From a virus (lineage: Duplodnaviria; Caudoviricetes): DNA of 49,318 nt. The translations under genes were made by a program, and so were the position numbers. Location: the IMG/VR virus record IMGVR_UViG_3300030372_004173, positions 1 to 49,318 of that record; one strand, 5' to 3'. The notes beneath the pieces were generated by a model, which did not search any database, had not been told where the DNA came from, and worked only from the letters and a program-made list of their open reading frames with translations. This document shows, piece after piece, positions 19,904-27,118 of the stretch. Each line of letters begins with the position of its first letter. The first letter of the stretch is position 1.

Positions 19904-20868
19904 TGGCAAGATCAATCCCAGCCGCGTCAGCGGGAAGAACAATCCCTGCACCAGAAGCCGGTGGTGGCGGTGGTGGCGGAGGCGGAAACGCCTGGAAAGA
20001 ATGGGTCGAACTTCCACTCGACCCCACTGACGCCAACGGGTGGATCGTTCGGGATGGAGTGGGCGTAACCGGAGCTACGACCTTGGCTATGGACGGCGAT
20101 ATTTTGAAGTTCAATCAGGACGGACTGGCAAGATTGCAGATCCAAGGGTCTACAATGAAAGGGAAGTGCATGATTAGAAAGCAGCACCTTCGCCCTTGGA
20201 ATGAAGCTGGAATAGCACAACCCTCTGGAGTGCCTGAACACCTCTTTCAGCCCGAGAGCCTGATACTGAAATTGGAAGTTTTGTTCGACACTGATGGAGG
20301 GGGGCCAATTAACGGAGTGTCTTCTGGCGGGTACGGGCAAAACCTCACTTGTATGGTAGGTCTAACCGGGTACTCTTCAGACCAGGAGGGTGCGCCAACT
20401 ATTGGAGGTACCAGTGTGCTTTGGATTGCTGCTCAATGCAAAAAGAGCGGCGGGAATGAGCCGTCTGGGTACGCGAACTCAAATCTCTATGCTGCCGGAT
20501 ACAAGACGTATTTCACTACGTCGGGCACATCTTCTGGATATACTTGGAAGAACCAGGCATCTGCTCCAGCTCAGGCCCATGACTCTATCGTCTTTTGTAC
20601 GCCACCAATGAGGAAAGAAAACAGTGCGGGACGCAACGATGTCTGGGGTGGGAGCTACTCTGCGACGACCCCGTTTTTTCCGCTCGCACTCAACGGGCAG
20701 TCTTGCTACGACAATGCGACCAAGTTTAGCAACGAGAGCGCTCAAACTTTTTGGCACATCGCTGTCTGGTTTGGAGCAGACAATAACAATGTGAGTCAGG
20801 GAAATATTAGGGTGAAACGCATTCGATATCTTTGGCAACCTGTACAGAATAGGGAGCCATTGACATGA
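19903..20868 (+). CDS. Putative receptor-binding/lectin-like virion protein
   Basis: Short repeated N-terminus (RSIPA/RTIPA), poly-Gly linker, then a Trp-rich beta domain. Confidence 0.45.
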   Translation: MARSIPAASAGRTIPAPEAGGGGGGGGGNAWKEWVELPLDPTDANGWIVRDGVGVTGATTLAMDGDILKFNQDGLARLQIQGSTMKGKCMIRKQHLRPWNEAGIAQPSGVPEHLFQPESLILKLEVLFDTDGGGPINGVSSGGYGQNLTCMVGLTGYSSDQEGAPTIGGTSVLWIAAQCKKSGGNEPSGYANSNLYAAGYKTYFTTSGTSSGYTWKNQASAPAQAHDSIVFCTPPMRKENSAGRNDVWGGSYSATTPFFPLALNGQSCYDNATKFSNESAQTFWHIAVWFGADNNNVSQGNIRVKRIRYLWQPVQNREPLT

Positions 20869-21152
20869 CGGTTTTATTTATTCAATGTTCAAGCTCCTCA
20901 ACCGCACAGCAGATTGTTACCGATGTTGAGGCAGGAGAACTGTGGGGTGTTGACATGGGCAGCACTTCGAAAGTCGCTGCCTACTCTAACTATGCCTTGA
21001 TCGAGTGTACCGAAACTCGTCATCTTAATTTGATTGACGCAGAGAAGGATCTCGATAAATACGAAATCACATACGGAACTACAGATCCAGATTCTTTCAC
21101 AGAAGCTCCGTCAGATTGGAAAGTGTGGTTCTTGCGTGGAAGAATCCAATAG
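20865..21152 (+). CDS. Hypothetical protein
   Basis: ATGA overlap with the upstream gene; 95 aa. Confidence 0.6.
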   Translation: MTVLFIQCSSSSTAQQIVTDVEAGELWGVDMGSTSKVAAYSNYALIECTETRHLNLIDAEKDLDKYEITYGTTDPDSFTEAPSDWKVWFLRGRIQ

Positions 21153-21160
21153 GGGGATGA

Positions 21161-21352
21161 ATGGAACAGCGTGTGCGCAAACTTGAGACTGATGTAGCCG
21201 TCTTGGGCCAACGAGCGGACACGGTAGAAGGTGAAGTGTCTTCGATTCGTCAGGATATTCAGGGCATCAAGAAAGAGATTCACAAGGCCCAAGGTTTGAT
21301 CTTAGCGACCATCGTTATCATGCAGTGCATCGCGATCTTTATGGAGGGATGA
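21161..21352 (+). CDS. XhlA-like coiled-coil plus C-terminal TM protein (holin-like)
   Basis: MEQRVRKLETDVAVL heptads followed by hydrophobic GLILATIVIMQCIAIFM. Confidence 0.55.
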   Translation: MEQRVRKLETDVAVLGQRADTVEGEVSSIRQDIQGIKKEIHKAQGLILATIVIMQCIAIFMEG

Positions 21353-21511
21353 TTGGAATCGGAATTCATAGCACACCTCTTAGACCTAGGCATGACCGGC
21401 GTGTTTGTCGGATACCTCATCTATCAAAATAAAAAGATGGGAATTCAACTCACTAAGATGACTAGAAAATACGAGGAACTTTTTGAGCGCGTGCTAAAGG
21501 CGGTCGAATGA
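21353..21511 (+). CDS. Small holin-like protein (BhlA/UviB-like architecture), not in ORF track
   Basis: TTG start after GGAGG. Translates MESEFIAHLLDLGMTGVFVGYLIYQNKKMGIQLTKMTRKYEELFERVLKAVE (52 aa): one N-terminal TM plus a charged helix. Fills the gap exactly. Confidence 0.6.
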   Translation: MESEFIAHLLDLGMTGVFVGYLIYQNKKMGIQLTKMTRKYEELFERVLKAVE

Positions 21512-21846
21512 GTATGGCTAAAGACCGTAGAACTGCGGCACGCGGGGCTATGCTGAAAAAGAAATATGGGTTTGATGGCTACAACAAGCCGAAGAGAACC
21601 CCAAACCATCCCACTAAATCCCACATGGTGCTCGCCAAAGAAGGCAGCACAATCAAGCTAATTCGTTTTGGGCAGCAGGGAGTAAAGACGAACCAGACCG
21701 CTGGGCAGCGTAAAGCGTTCAAGTCTCGCCACGCTAAGAATATCTCAAAGGGTAAACTGAGCGCAGCGTATTGGGCGGACAAAGTGAAGTGGTCCCCCAG
21801 TAAAACAAAACAACCTAAAAATCAAAAATGGAAAAAAGGGTCTTAG
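21508..21846 (+). CDS. Basic conserved phage protein (DUF5754-like)
   Basis: KSHMVLAK...KLIRFGQQG...RKAFKSRH...SAAYWADKVKW pattern; start may be 21514. Confidence 0.6.
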   Translation: MSMAKDRRTAARGAMLKKKYGFDGYNKPKRTPNHPTKSHMVLAKEGSTIKLIRFGQQGVKTNQTAGQRKAFKSRHAKNISKGKLSAAYWADKVKWSPSKTKQPKNQKWKKGS

Positions 21847-21855
21847 GAGATAATC

Positions 21856-22119
21856 ATGGCCAAAGGCGTAGCCCATTACAAAGAAGACGGAACTCTCTAT
21901 GACGGAGAAACCCACAAGATGCCTGACGGCACTCTCCATACAGGCAAAGAACACTCAGATTCTTCTGTTCCCTTATTCCATATGGAGGATCTTTCAGAAG
22001 AAGCAAAGGAAAAGGCGATGAAAGGCAAGGGTAAAAAGAAATTTAATCTAAAAGAAATGCGGGAAAAAGCGGCTAAAAAAGCCATGTCTAAAAAGAAGAA
22101 GAGTGGAAGTGCCTACTAA
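21856..22119 (+). CDS. Hypothetical His/Lys-rich protein
   Basis: HKMPDGTLHTGKEH motif; SD AGGAG. Confidence 0.65.
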   Translation: MAKGVAHYKEDGTLYDGETHKMPDGTLHTGKEHSDSSVPLFHMEDLSEEAKEKAMKGKGKKKFNLKEMREKAAKKAMSKKKKSGSAY

Positions 22120-22324
22120 ACTCAAAAAAATGCGAAAAAAGGCGGCAAAGAAAGCTAGCCGAGTAAACGAATCCGGGAACTACACCAAACCTGGAATGCG
22201 TAAGCGCCTTTTTGAGAAGATTAAAGCCGGAAGCAAGGGTGGAAATGCGGGGCAGTGGTCTGCCCGTAAAGCCCAGATGCTCGCCAAGCAGTACAAAGCC
22301 GCTGGCGGAGGCTATAAAAACTGA
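22103..22324 (+). CDS. DUF5872-like protein, N-terminal half
   Basis: NYTKP...IKAGSKGGNAGQWSARKAQMLAKQYKAAGGGY motif. Confidence 0.65.
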   Translation: MEVPTKLKKMRKKAAKKASRVNESGNYTKPGMRKRLFEKIKAGSKGGNAGQWSARKAQMLAKQYKAAGGGYKN

Positions 22325-22569
22325 TGGCAAAGACGAAGACACAAAGATCTTTGGATACCTGGACCGGACAAGAGTGGACAACACCTTCGGGCAAAAAAAG
22401 CAAAGATACCGGAGAAGTCTACGCGCCAAAAAATAAGATTAAAGCTCTCCAGTCTTCTGCTAAAGGCAGGGCAAAGTTAGCGAGAGCGAACAAAAAGAAA
22501 AGAGAAGCAACTGCAAAAGGCGAGCAGCACGCCGATCACGGTCTTCACTCGAGAAAGAAGAAAGCATAA
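22324..22569 (+). CDS. DUF5872-associated protein, C-terminal half
   Basis: QRSLDTWTGQEWTT...YAPK...NKKKR...KGEQH; TGATG coupling. Confidence 0.6.
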   Translation: MAKTKTQRSLDTWTGQEWTTPSGKKSKDTGEVYAPKNKIKALQSSAKGRAKLARANKKKREATAKGEQHADHGLHSRKKKA

Positions 22570-22611
22570 AAAGCCGTGCCCCAACTTTAGCGGCTTGAAC
22601 AAGGAACAGAC

Positions 22612-23100
22612 ATGGCTCATTTTTCTCTCGACGAATTTGTCGGAGCGATCCAAGAAGCGGTGGTTAAGTCCACTGATATTGCGGAACAACACGAACTCGA
22701 TAACATCCGCAAAGAAGAGTATTGGATTGCTACTGACGAGAAAGCAGAGGATGGTACTCCGATTTACAAACCTCGGATGGTTACTGTTCGTTTGCCTGTG
22801 TGGGTCGAGGGCAAGCAAACTGAACAAGACATCCAAGTTCCAATGCAAACGCTCGTCACTGGACAATCGCTCGCCATTGAGCAGATGACAGTTGAGATGG
22901 ATATTGAACTTCAAGGCATGGAAGACGGAGCAGACATTGGCTGCATACACCGTAAGTTGAAAATAAATCCCTCGATTGGAGGTAATGGATGGTTCGCTAA
23001 AAAGCGAAATACTGCTAAGATTTCAATCACTTTCAAGGGGCAGGAGCCCCCAGAAGGTTATGCAAGAATCGACAATCAACTTATTAAACTACTTCCGTAG
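22612..23100 (+). CDS. DUF2589-family protein
   Basis: LDEFVGAIQEAV...VPMQTLV..QSLAIEQMTVEM...AKISITFKGQEPPEG. Confidence 0.7.
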   Translation: MAHFSLDEFVGAIQEAVVKSTDIAEQHELDNIRKEEYWIATDEKAEDGTPIYKPRMVTVRLPVWVEGKQTEQDIQVPMQTLVTGQSLAIEQMTVEMDIELQGMEDGADIGCIHRKLKINPSIGGNGWFAKKRNTAKISITFKGQEPPEGYARIDNQLIKLLP

Positions 23101-23109
23101 GAGAGAACA

Positions 23110-23736
23110 ATGGCAGACGGTCTCGTAAAAATGTCCGACCAATTTGGCGGCCTTCCAATGGACCAACTTATCGGTGGTCCCCTCAAAGCAGCTTGCGACT
23201 CCCAAGTCCAGCTTGCCAAGGCTACTGCTGACTTTATTCAGAATGTTGGACTTGAGGCCGATTCAACAGGCGCTCTCAAAGCTCGAACTGTTGACTTTAC
23301 TTACTCCAAGCCCGTGAATGACGGCGCTGGCGGATACACCGAGGTTACCAATCAACTTGATGTCCCGATCCTTGCAATTCTCAATACTCCTTCTCTTCAA
23401 GTAAAAGAGGTCGAAGTCGACTTTACTATGGAAGTGAAGTCCAGCACCTCCGAAAAAAGTAGCCGAGACTACGAAGCTGCCATGGACACTCACGTCAAGG
23501 CAGGCTGGGGCCCAGTTAGTGTTGACGTGAAAATCCACGGTTCTATCTCAGCAAAGAGCGAGAACACTCGATCTTCTGACAACTCGGCTAAGTACAACGT
23601 CAAGGTCATTGCTCGAGACGATGGTATGCCAGAAGGACTCAAGCGTTGTCTCGACATCGTCCAATCCGCAATCGCAGAAAAGCCCGCCGCTGCGCCCGCG
23701 CCTGCGCCTACTCCTGCCCCAGCACCGAGGTCATAA
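23110..23736 (+). CDS. DUF2589-family protein
   Basis: LPMDQLIGGPLKAACDSQVQLA...VPILAILNTPSLQVKEVEVDFTMEV...SAKYNVKV.A....MPEGL. Confidence 0.8.
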   Translation: MADGLVKMSDQFGGLPMDQLIGGPLKAACDSQVQLAKATADFIQNVGLEADSTGALKARTVDFTYSKPVNDGAGGYTEVTNQLDVPILAILNTPSLQVKEVEVDFTMEVKSSTSEKSSRDYEAAMDTHVKAGWGPVSVDVKIHGSISAKSENTRSSDNSAKYNVKVIARDDGMPEGLKRCLDIVQSAIAEKPAAAPAPAPTPAPAPRS

Positions 23737-23738
23737 CC

Positions 23739-23966
23739 ATGAAGAATAAAGGAAAAATCCTACAACAAGCGATTGTTATGGCAGAGGATCTCTTTCCGGG
23801 CCCTAAGATGGGGAAGAAAAAGAAAGCCTGGGTTGTAAAGTTCATCAACGAACACGTCAATCTTCCAATCCTCAATGAGAGGCAAGAGGCAAAGATCATT
23901 GGATTCGCTGTTGATGTTCTATGCGATCTCATGTTCCAAAAAGTCCAAGAGATCAAAGCACAATGA
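23739..23966 (+). CDS. Small lysis-cassette protein
   Basis: 75 aa (AEDLFPGPKMGKKKKAWV), ATGA-coupled to the endolysin. Confidence 0.55.
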   Translation: MKNKGKILQQAIVMAEDLFPGPKMGKKKKAWVVKFINEHVNLPILNERQEAKIIGFAVDVLCDLMFQKVQEIKAQ

Positions 23967-24556
23967 TCCCTGCGATTCTAAAACACGTCCAATCTCTGGG
24001 CTATCGTATTTTCGATGGTGGCCACGCCTATAATCTGAACATTATTGGTATTCGAAACAGCAAAAACGTAAACTCGTTCAACGATTTTCTTTGTTGTGTG
24101 TATCGAGAAACAGAAGATGGCGCTTGGACCGTAAAATACTGGCCAGCAACAACTGATCCGGGGAAGTTTTGTCTTGAAAACCCTGAAGTCTACGGAACAT
24201 CGGCAGGAACGGCAATCATCGTCCCAGGGCAGTACCGTGGTGTTTACAAACTCGATCTCCACCGAGGTAAATACGAAGCGCTCTGCCAACGGAACGGAAA
24301 GATCAAAGTCTATAGAGACGGAAACCGAGATGATGTCCTCGACATGGACCCAGACACGATCCAAGAGGGCTTTTTCGGCTGTAATATCCACAAAGCTGGC
24401 GCAAACTCCACTCAAGTAGATAAGTGGTCTGCCGGGTGCCAGGTCTTTGCCCGAAGCAGAGATTTTGATGAGCTAATCGCGCTTTGCCATAAGCAAATTG
24501 AACATCATCCCACCTGGGCACCTTCTTTCACCTACACCCTCATCACGGAGTGGTAG
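23963..24556 (+). CDS. Putative endolysin with His/Cys (L,D-transpeptidase-like) catalytic motif
   Basis: TTDPG, GQY and GCNIH-x12-SAGCQV motifs; lies in the lysis region. Confidence 0.65.
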   Translation: MIPAILKHVQSLGYRIFDGGHAYNLNIIGIRNSKNVNSFNDFLCCVYRETEDGAWTVKYWPATTDPGKFCLENPEVYGTSAGTAIIVPGQYRGVYKLDLHRGKYEALCQRNGKIKVYRDGNRDDVLDMDPDTIQEGFFGCNIHKAGANSTQVDKWSAGCQVFARSRDFDELIALCHKQIEHHPTWAPSFTYTLITEW

Positions 24557-24558
24557 AA

Positions 24559-24777
24559 ATGGAAAAACTAAAAGAACTCTGGGAGAAACTCAACCTTAAA
24601 GTAGCCCTCGTTGGAGGGGTGGTTGTGGTTTCTACTTCCTTGGGCACTTGCCATCTTGTAAAAGATGACGCGCCTGAAGAGTCTCCGATTGAGGAGACTA
24701 CTACGACCGAAGAGGTCGCTCCGGCTGAAGTGCCAGAAGAGGTTCCGGCTACGCCAGAAACTCCAGAAGAAGAGTAA
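24559..24777 (+). CDS. Small membrane/secreted protein with acidic tail (possible lipoprotein or spanin-like)
   Basis: Hydrophobic VALVGGVVVVSTSLGTC followed by a Glu/Pro/Thr-rich tail; GGAG SD. Confidence 0.55.
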   Translation: MEKLKELWEKLNLKVALVGGVVVVSTSLGTCHLVKDDAPEESPIEETTTTEEVAPAEVPEEVPATPETPEEE

Positions 24778-24779
24778 GA

Positions 24780-24875
24780 GGTGGGGGATAGCGTCGGTGT
24801 TGGGCTTGACGTTAGTCGGGTTGTTTCTGTTTCTACTTCCCGATTTTCTATCCCCCACCCCTTTATTTCTCTTTC
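24780..24875 (+). terminator. Long-range stem with U-rich tail ending the late transcript
   Basis: GGTGGGGGATAG (24780-24791) and CTATCCCCCACC (24848-24859) form a perfect 12-bp inverted repeat, followed by CTTTATTTCTCTTT at the convergence point. Confidence 0.5.
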
Positions 24876-24974
24876 TCGGGCTTCCAACCCATTTTTCTTT
24901 TAGTGCCATAGACATAGGCGTCTGCCCTGTCTTTGGACATCTTCTTTTTCTTTGCTTGATTCCTGAGCCGGTCT

Positions 24975-26333
24975 TCAACCGACTTCAGAATCTCCTCGCT
25001 CGGTGCCATCGTTAATCTCCAAAGGGTGGCCTGGGGTTCTTTTAATTTCTACATAACTCCAAGAACTCCGCTTCCGTCCTCTAGGCTTGATGGTCGACAT
25101 TACGACAACCTGGCAGGGGGACTTCTCCAAGACCTCTAAAGTCTTGCCCAAAGTGAGTGGATCCCACATCCGGTCATCCACTACAATCAAATCGCCAGAA
25201 AACGCTATCCCTGCGGCGATTGCAGCGAGAAGACGAGCCTCCGTGCTTCCAGACAGCGCGGTGTGCTCCTCCCCATCTCTGGTAAGTCCGATGTTTATGG
25301 CGCCGCCGGAAGCATCGAACAAAAGGGTGTCTCCCTTGGGCAAGAACTTACCTACAGATTTACAGAATTTGTCAGCTACTTCGTCGAGCATATCGTGCAT
25401 GACTTGGATGACTGCATTCTTTAAAGCCTTAAGAGAAGAAGACAAATCAGAAGCTCGTACCTCCCCATTCTTGGCTAGTGAAGCAACTTTCGTCATTCTA
25501 CGGTGTAGAAGAGTTTCTCCGATCTCTCCGAGCAAGTCCTCAGTCGGCGGAATGCGTTGGATGGCATCCTTGCCCCCGAGTTGCTTGGTCAAGTGCGAAA
25601 GCACATGCCCTGCTTGGAGCATCGGGTCTGCTTTGTAGTCAAGGTAGATCACCTTTAGTAGATCCCGAAGCATGGCCCGTTGTAGGGTGTTCCAGACTCC
25701 TCCAAGCTCGTCATCTCCGACAAACCGGACTGTGCCCATAGACTCTAAGGCGATCTTACTCGCTTTTACCTGGGCACTCTGATCACGTTGAAGAGATCCT
25801 ATTTTCGTTAGAAGATCTGTAAGGCTGACTGGCCGGTCAAGGGGGCACACGAGGACCAGCGTTTCGTGTAGTTCCTTGGGCAAAAGGTCCATCAGGTCTG
25901 CCGCTGTGATGTCCTTACAGAGCACTTCCCAGAAAAACTTCACTTTGGTTTCGGTGCTCCCCGACATTACAGCGTGTAGTTCTGCGATTGATAATGCACT
26001 TTGACCTTCGTTTGCTCCCGAAGACTTAGGCCTTTTCCCGCGCTCAAGAACCCACCTTCGGATGCTTCCATTATCAAAACGGGCAACAGCCACAGCTTCA
26101 TTTTGTGAAGGGGGAATTAGAGCAGACAGAAGCTTCCCGTCTTTGATGGGCTTGTCTCGGTACAAAAGACCATAAGCACTTCCCGTTCGGGCAAGCTGTA
26201 GGGCTTCTGCGATAGCGCTTTTTCCAGACTCGTTGTTACCGATTAGAAGGGTGTGTTTACCGATGTTTACGGTGTAGTCCCCACCATCTGGGCTCTTGAT
26301 GTTTGTTTGAATCTGAGTGACAAAGTTGCTCAT
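24975..26333 (-). CDS. ABC/SMC-like (Rad50/SbcC-type) ATPase
   Basis: Walker A GNNESGKS near the N-terminus; signature-like LSGSTE and Walker B LIVVDD near the C-terminus; helical middle. Start placed at MSNF (ATGA overlap). Confidence 0.7.
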   Translation of the reverse strand: MSNFVTQIQTNIKSPDGGDYTVNIGKHTLLIGNNESGKSAIAEALQLARTGSAYGLLYRDKPIKDGKLLSALIPPSQNEAVAVARFDNGSIRRWVLERGKRPKSSGANEGQSALSIAELHAVMSGSTETKVKFFWEVLCKDITAADLMDLLPKELHETLVLVCPLDRPVSLTDLLTKIGSLQRDQSAQVKASKIALESMGTVRFVGDDELGGVWNTLQRAMLRDLLKVIYLDYKADPMLQAGHVLSHLTKQLGGKDAIQRIPPTEDLLGEIGETLLHRRMTKVASLAKNGEVRASDLSSSLKALKNAVIQVMHDMLDEVADKFCKSVGKFLPKGDTLLFDASGGAINIGLTRDGEEHTALSGSTEARLLAAIAAGIAFSGDLIVVDDRMWDPLTLGKTLEVLEKSPCQVVVMSTIKPRGRKRSSWSYVEIKRTPGHPLEINDGTERGDSEVG

Positions 26334-26575
26334 TGGGACTCTCCGCAAAATTCTTGGTGGACCAAAGCTAGTGCTGCGCCATTCATTCGAGAAGGCGTAG
26401 TCTTACCCATCTTCCAACGACGTAGGCTTTGTACGCTTGGATTAGCTCCTGCAAGATGTTTTCCCATCTCGACCGCGATCTTTTCATAAGAGAGGCCAAT
26501 TGCCCCAAGGTCGTACAGTAATTTACCAGGCTCTACTTGAGCCTTTACTCTCGCTTCAATTGTCGGACTACGCAT
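26330..26575 (-). CDS. Small HTH DNA-binding protein
   Basis: GLSYEKIAVEM...SVQSLRRWKMGKTTP (XRE-like HTH); SD AAGGAG before the ATG at 26575. Confidence 0.65.
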   Translation of the reverse strand: MRSPTIEARVKAQVEPGKLLYDLGAIGLSYEKIAVEMGKHLAGANPSVQSLRRWKMGKTTPSRMNGAALALVHQEFCGESQ

Positions 26576-27050
26576 TGTTCTTCTCCTTAAAAGGAAGGTT
26601 AAGTTGAGGGTCTGGATCACAGCGATAGCCTCCTGACCAGTCCTCTTCATCATAGGGATAAACCTGTGTAATTCTTTGGATTTCAGGGGCGTCTCCCCGC
26701 TCTTTGTGTTGGCAGAGGAGAAAAACCGGACGACCGACTCGGATTGCCATTCCAACAATCTGAGCAGTCGCCCGGCCCACGAAAGGGGTTGGAATAACGA
26801 TCATGTCGTAGTAGGGCTTTCTGGTAATCGAGTGCTCCCTCTGGACCACACTCTTTGCCCAAGAATTCCAGTCTCCTCTGTGGTGAACCCGAAAATCTTC
26901 CCTTCCGGGAACGATGTTGATCTTCAAGTCCTTACCCGCACGTTCTCCCCGCGCTTGGATAATCTTTCGGATATTCCCGCAATCCTCCTCGATCTTATCT
27001 TCTGTATCGAAAGAGGGGTGTGCGTAGAAAATGCTCACTTTCTTGCTCAT
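26568..27050 (-). CDS. Hypothetical alpha/beta protein (Rossmann/TIR/NDT-like pattern)
   Basis: SIFYAHP...YDMIVI...VGRAT...AIRVGRPVF. Confidence 0.55.
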   Translation of the reverse strand: MSKKVSIFYAHPSFDTEDKIEEDCGNIRKIIQARGERAGKDLKINIVPGREDFRVHHRGDWNSWAKSVVQREHSITRKPYYDMIVIPTPFVGRATAQIVGMAIRVGRPVFLLCQHKERGDAPEIQRITQVYPYDEEDWSGGYRCDPDPQLNLPFKEKNNA

Positions 27051-27118
27051 TTCTTTTTCCTCGCTTTTTTCCGCATCTCACGGCATTTTTCACAATCACA
27101 AAAGACAGGACGTCTCAT
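27047..27118 (-). CDS. 23-aa Cys/basic micro-ORF
   Basis: MRRPVFCDCEKCREMRKKARKKK, with ATGA overlaps on both sides. Confidence 0.5.
   Translation of the reverse strand: MRRPVFCDCEKCREMRKKARKKK

Noticed and set aside
24568-24978. 136-aa minus-strand basic ORF with a TTG start
   Set aside because: It overlaps the plus-strand 24559-24777 gene and the structured 3' UTR and has no recognisable motif. Not excluded, but unsupported.
26330-26575. HTH gene as a lysogeny repressor
   Set aside because: It is embedded in the replication operon, with no integrase, att site or divergent cI/cro pair in the window.
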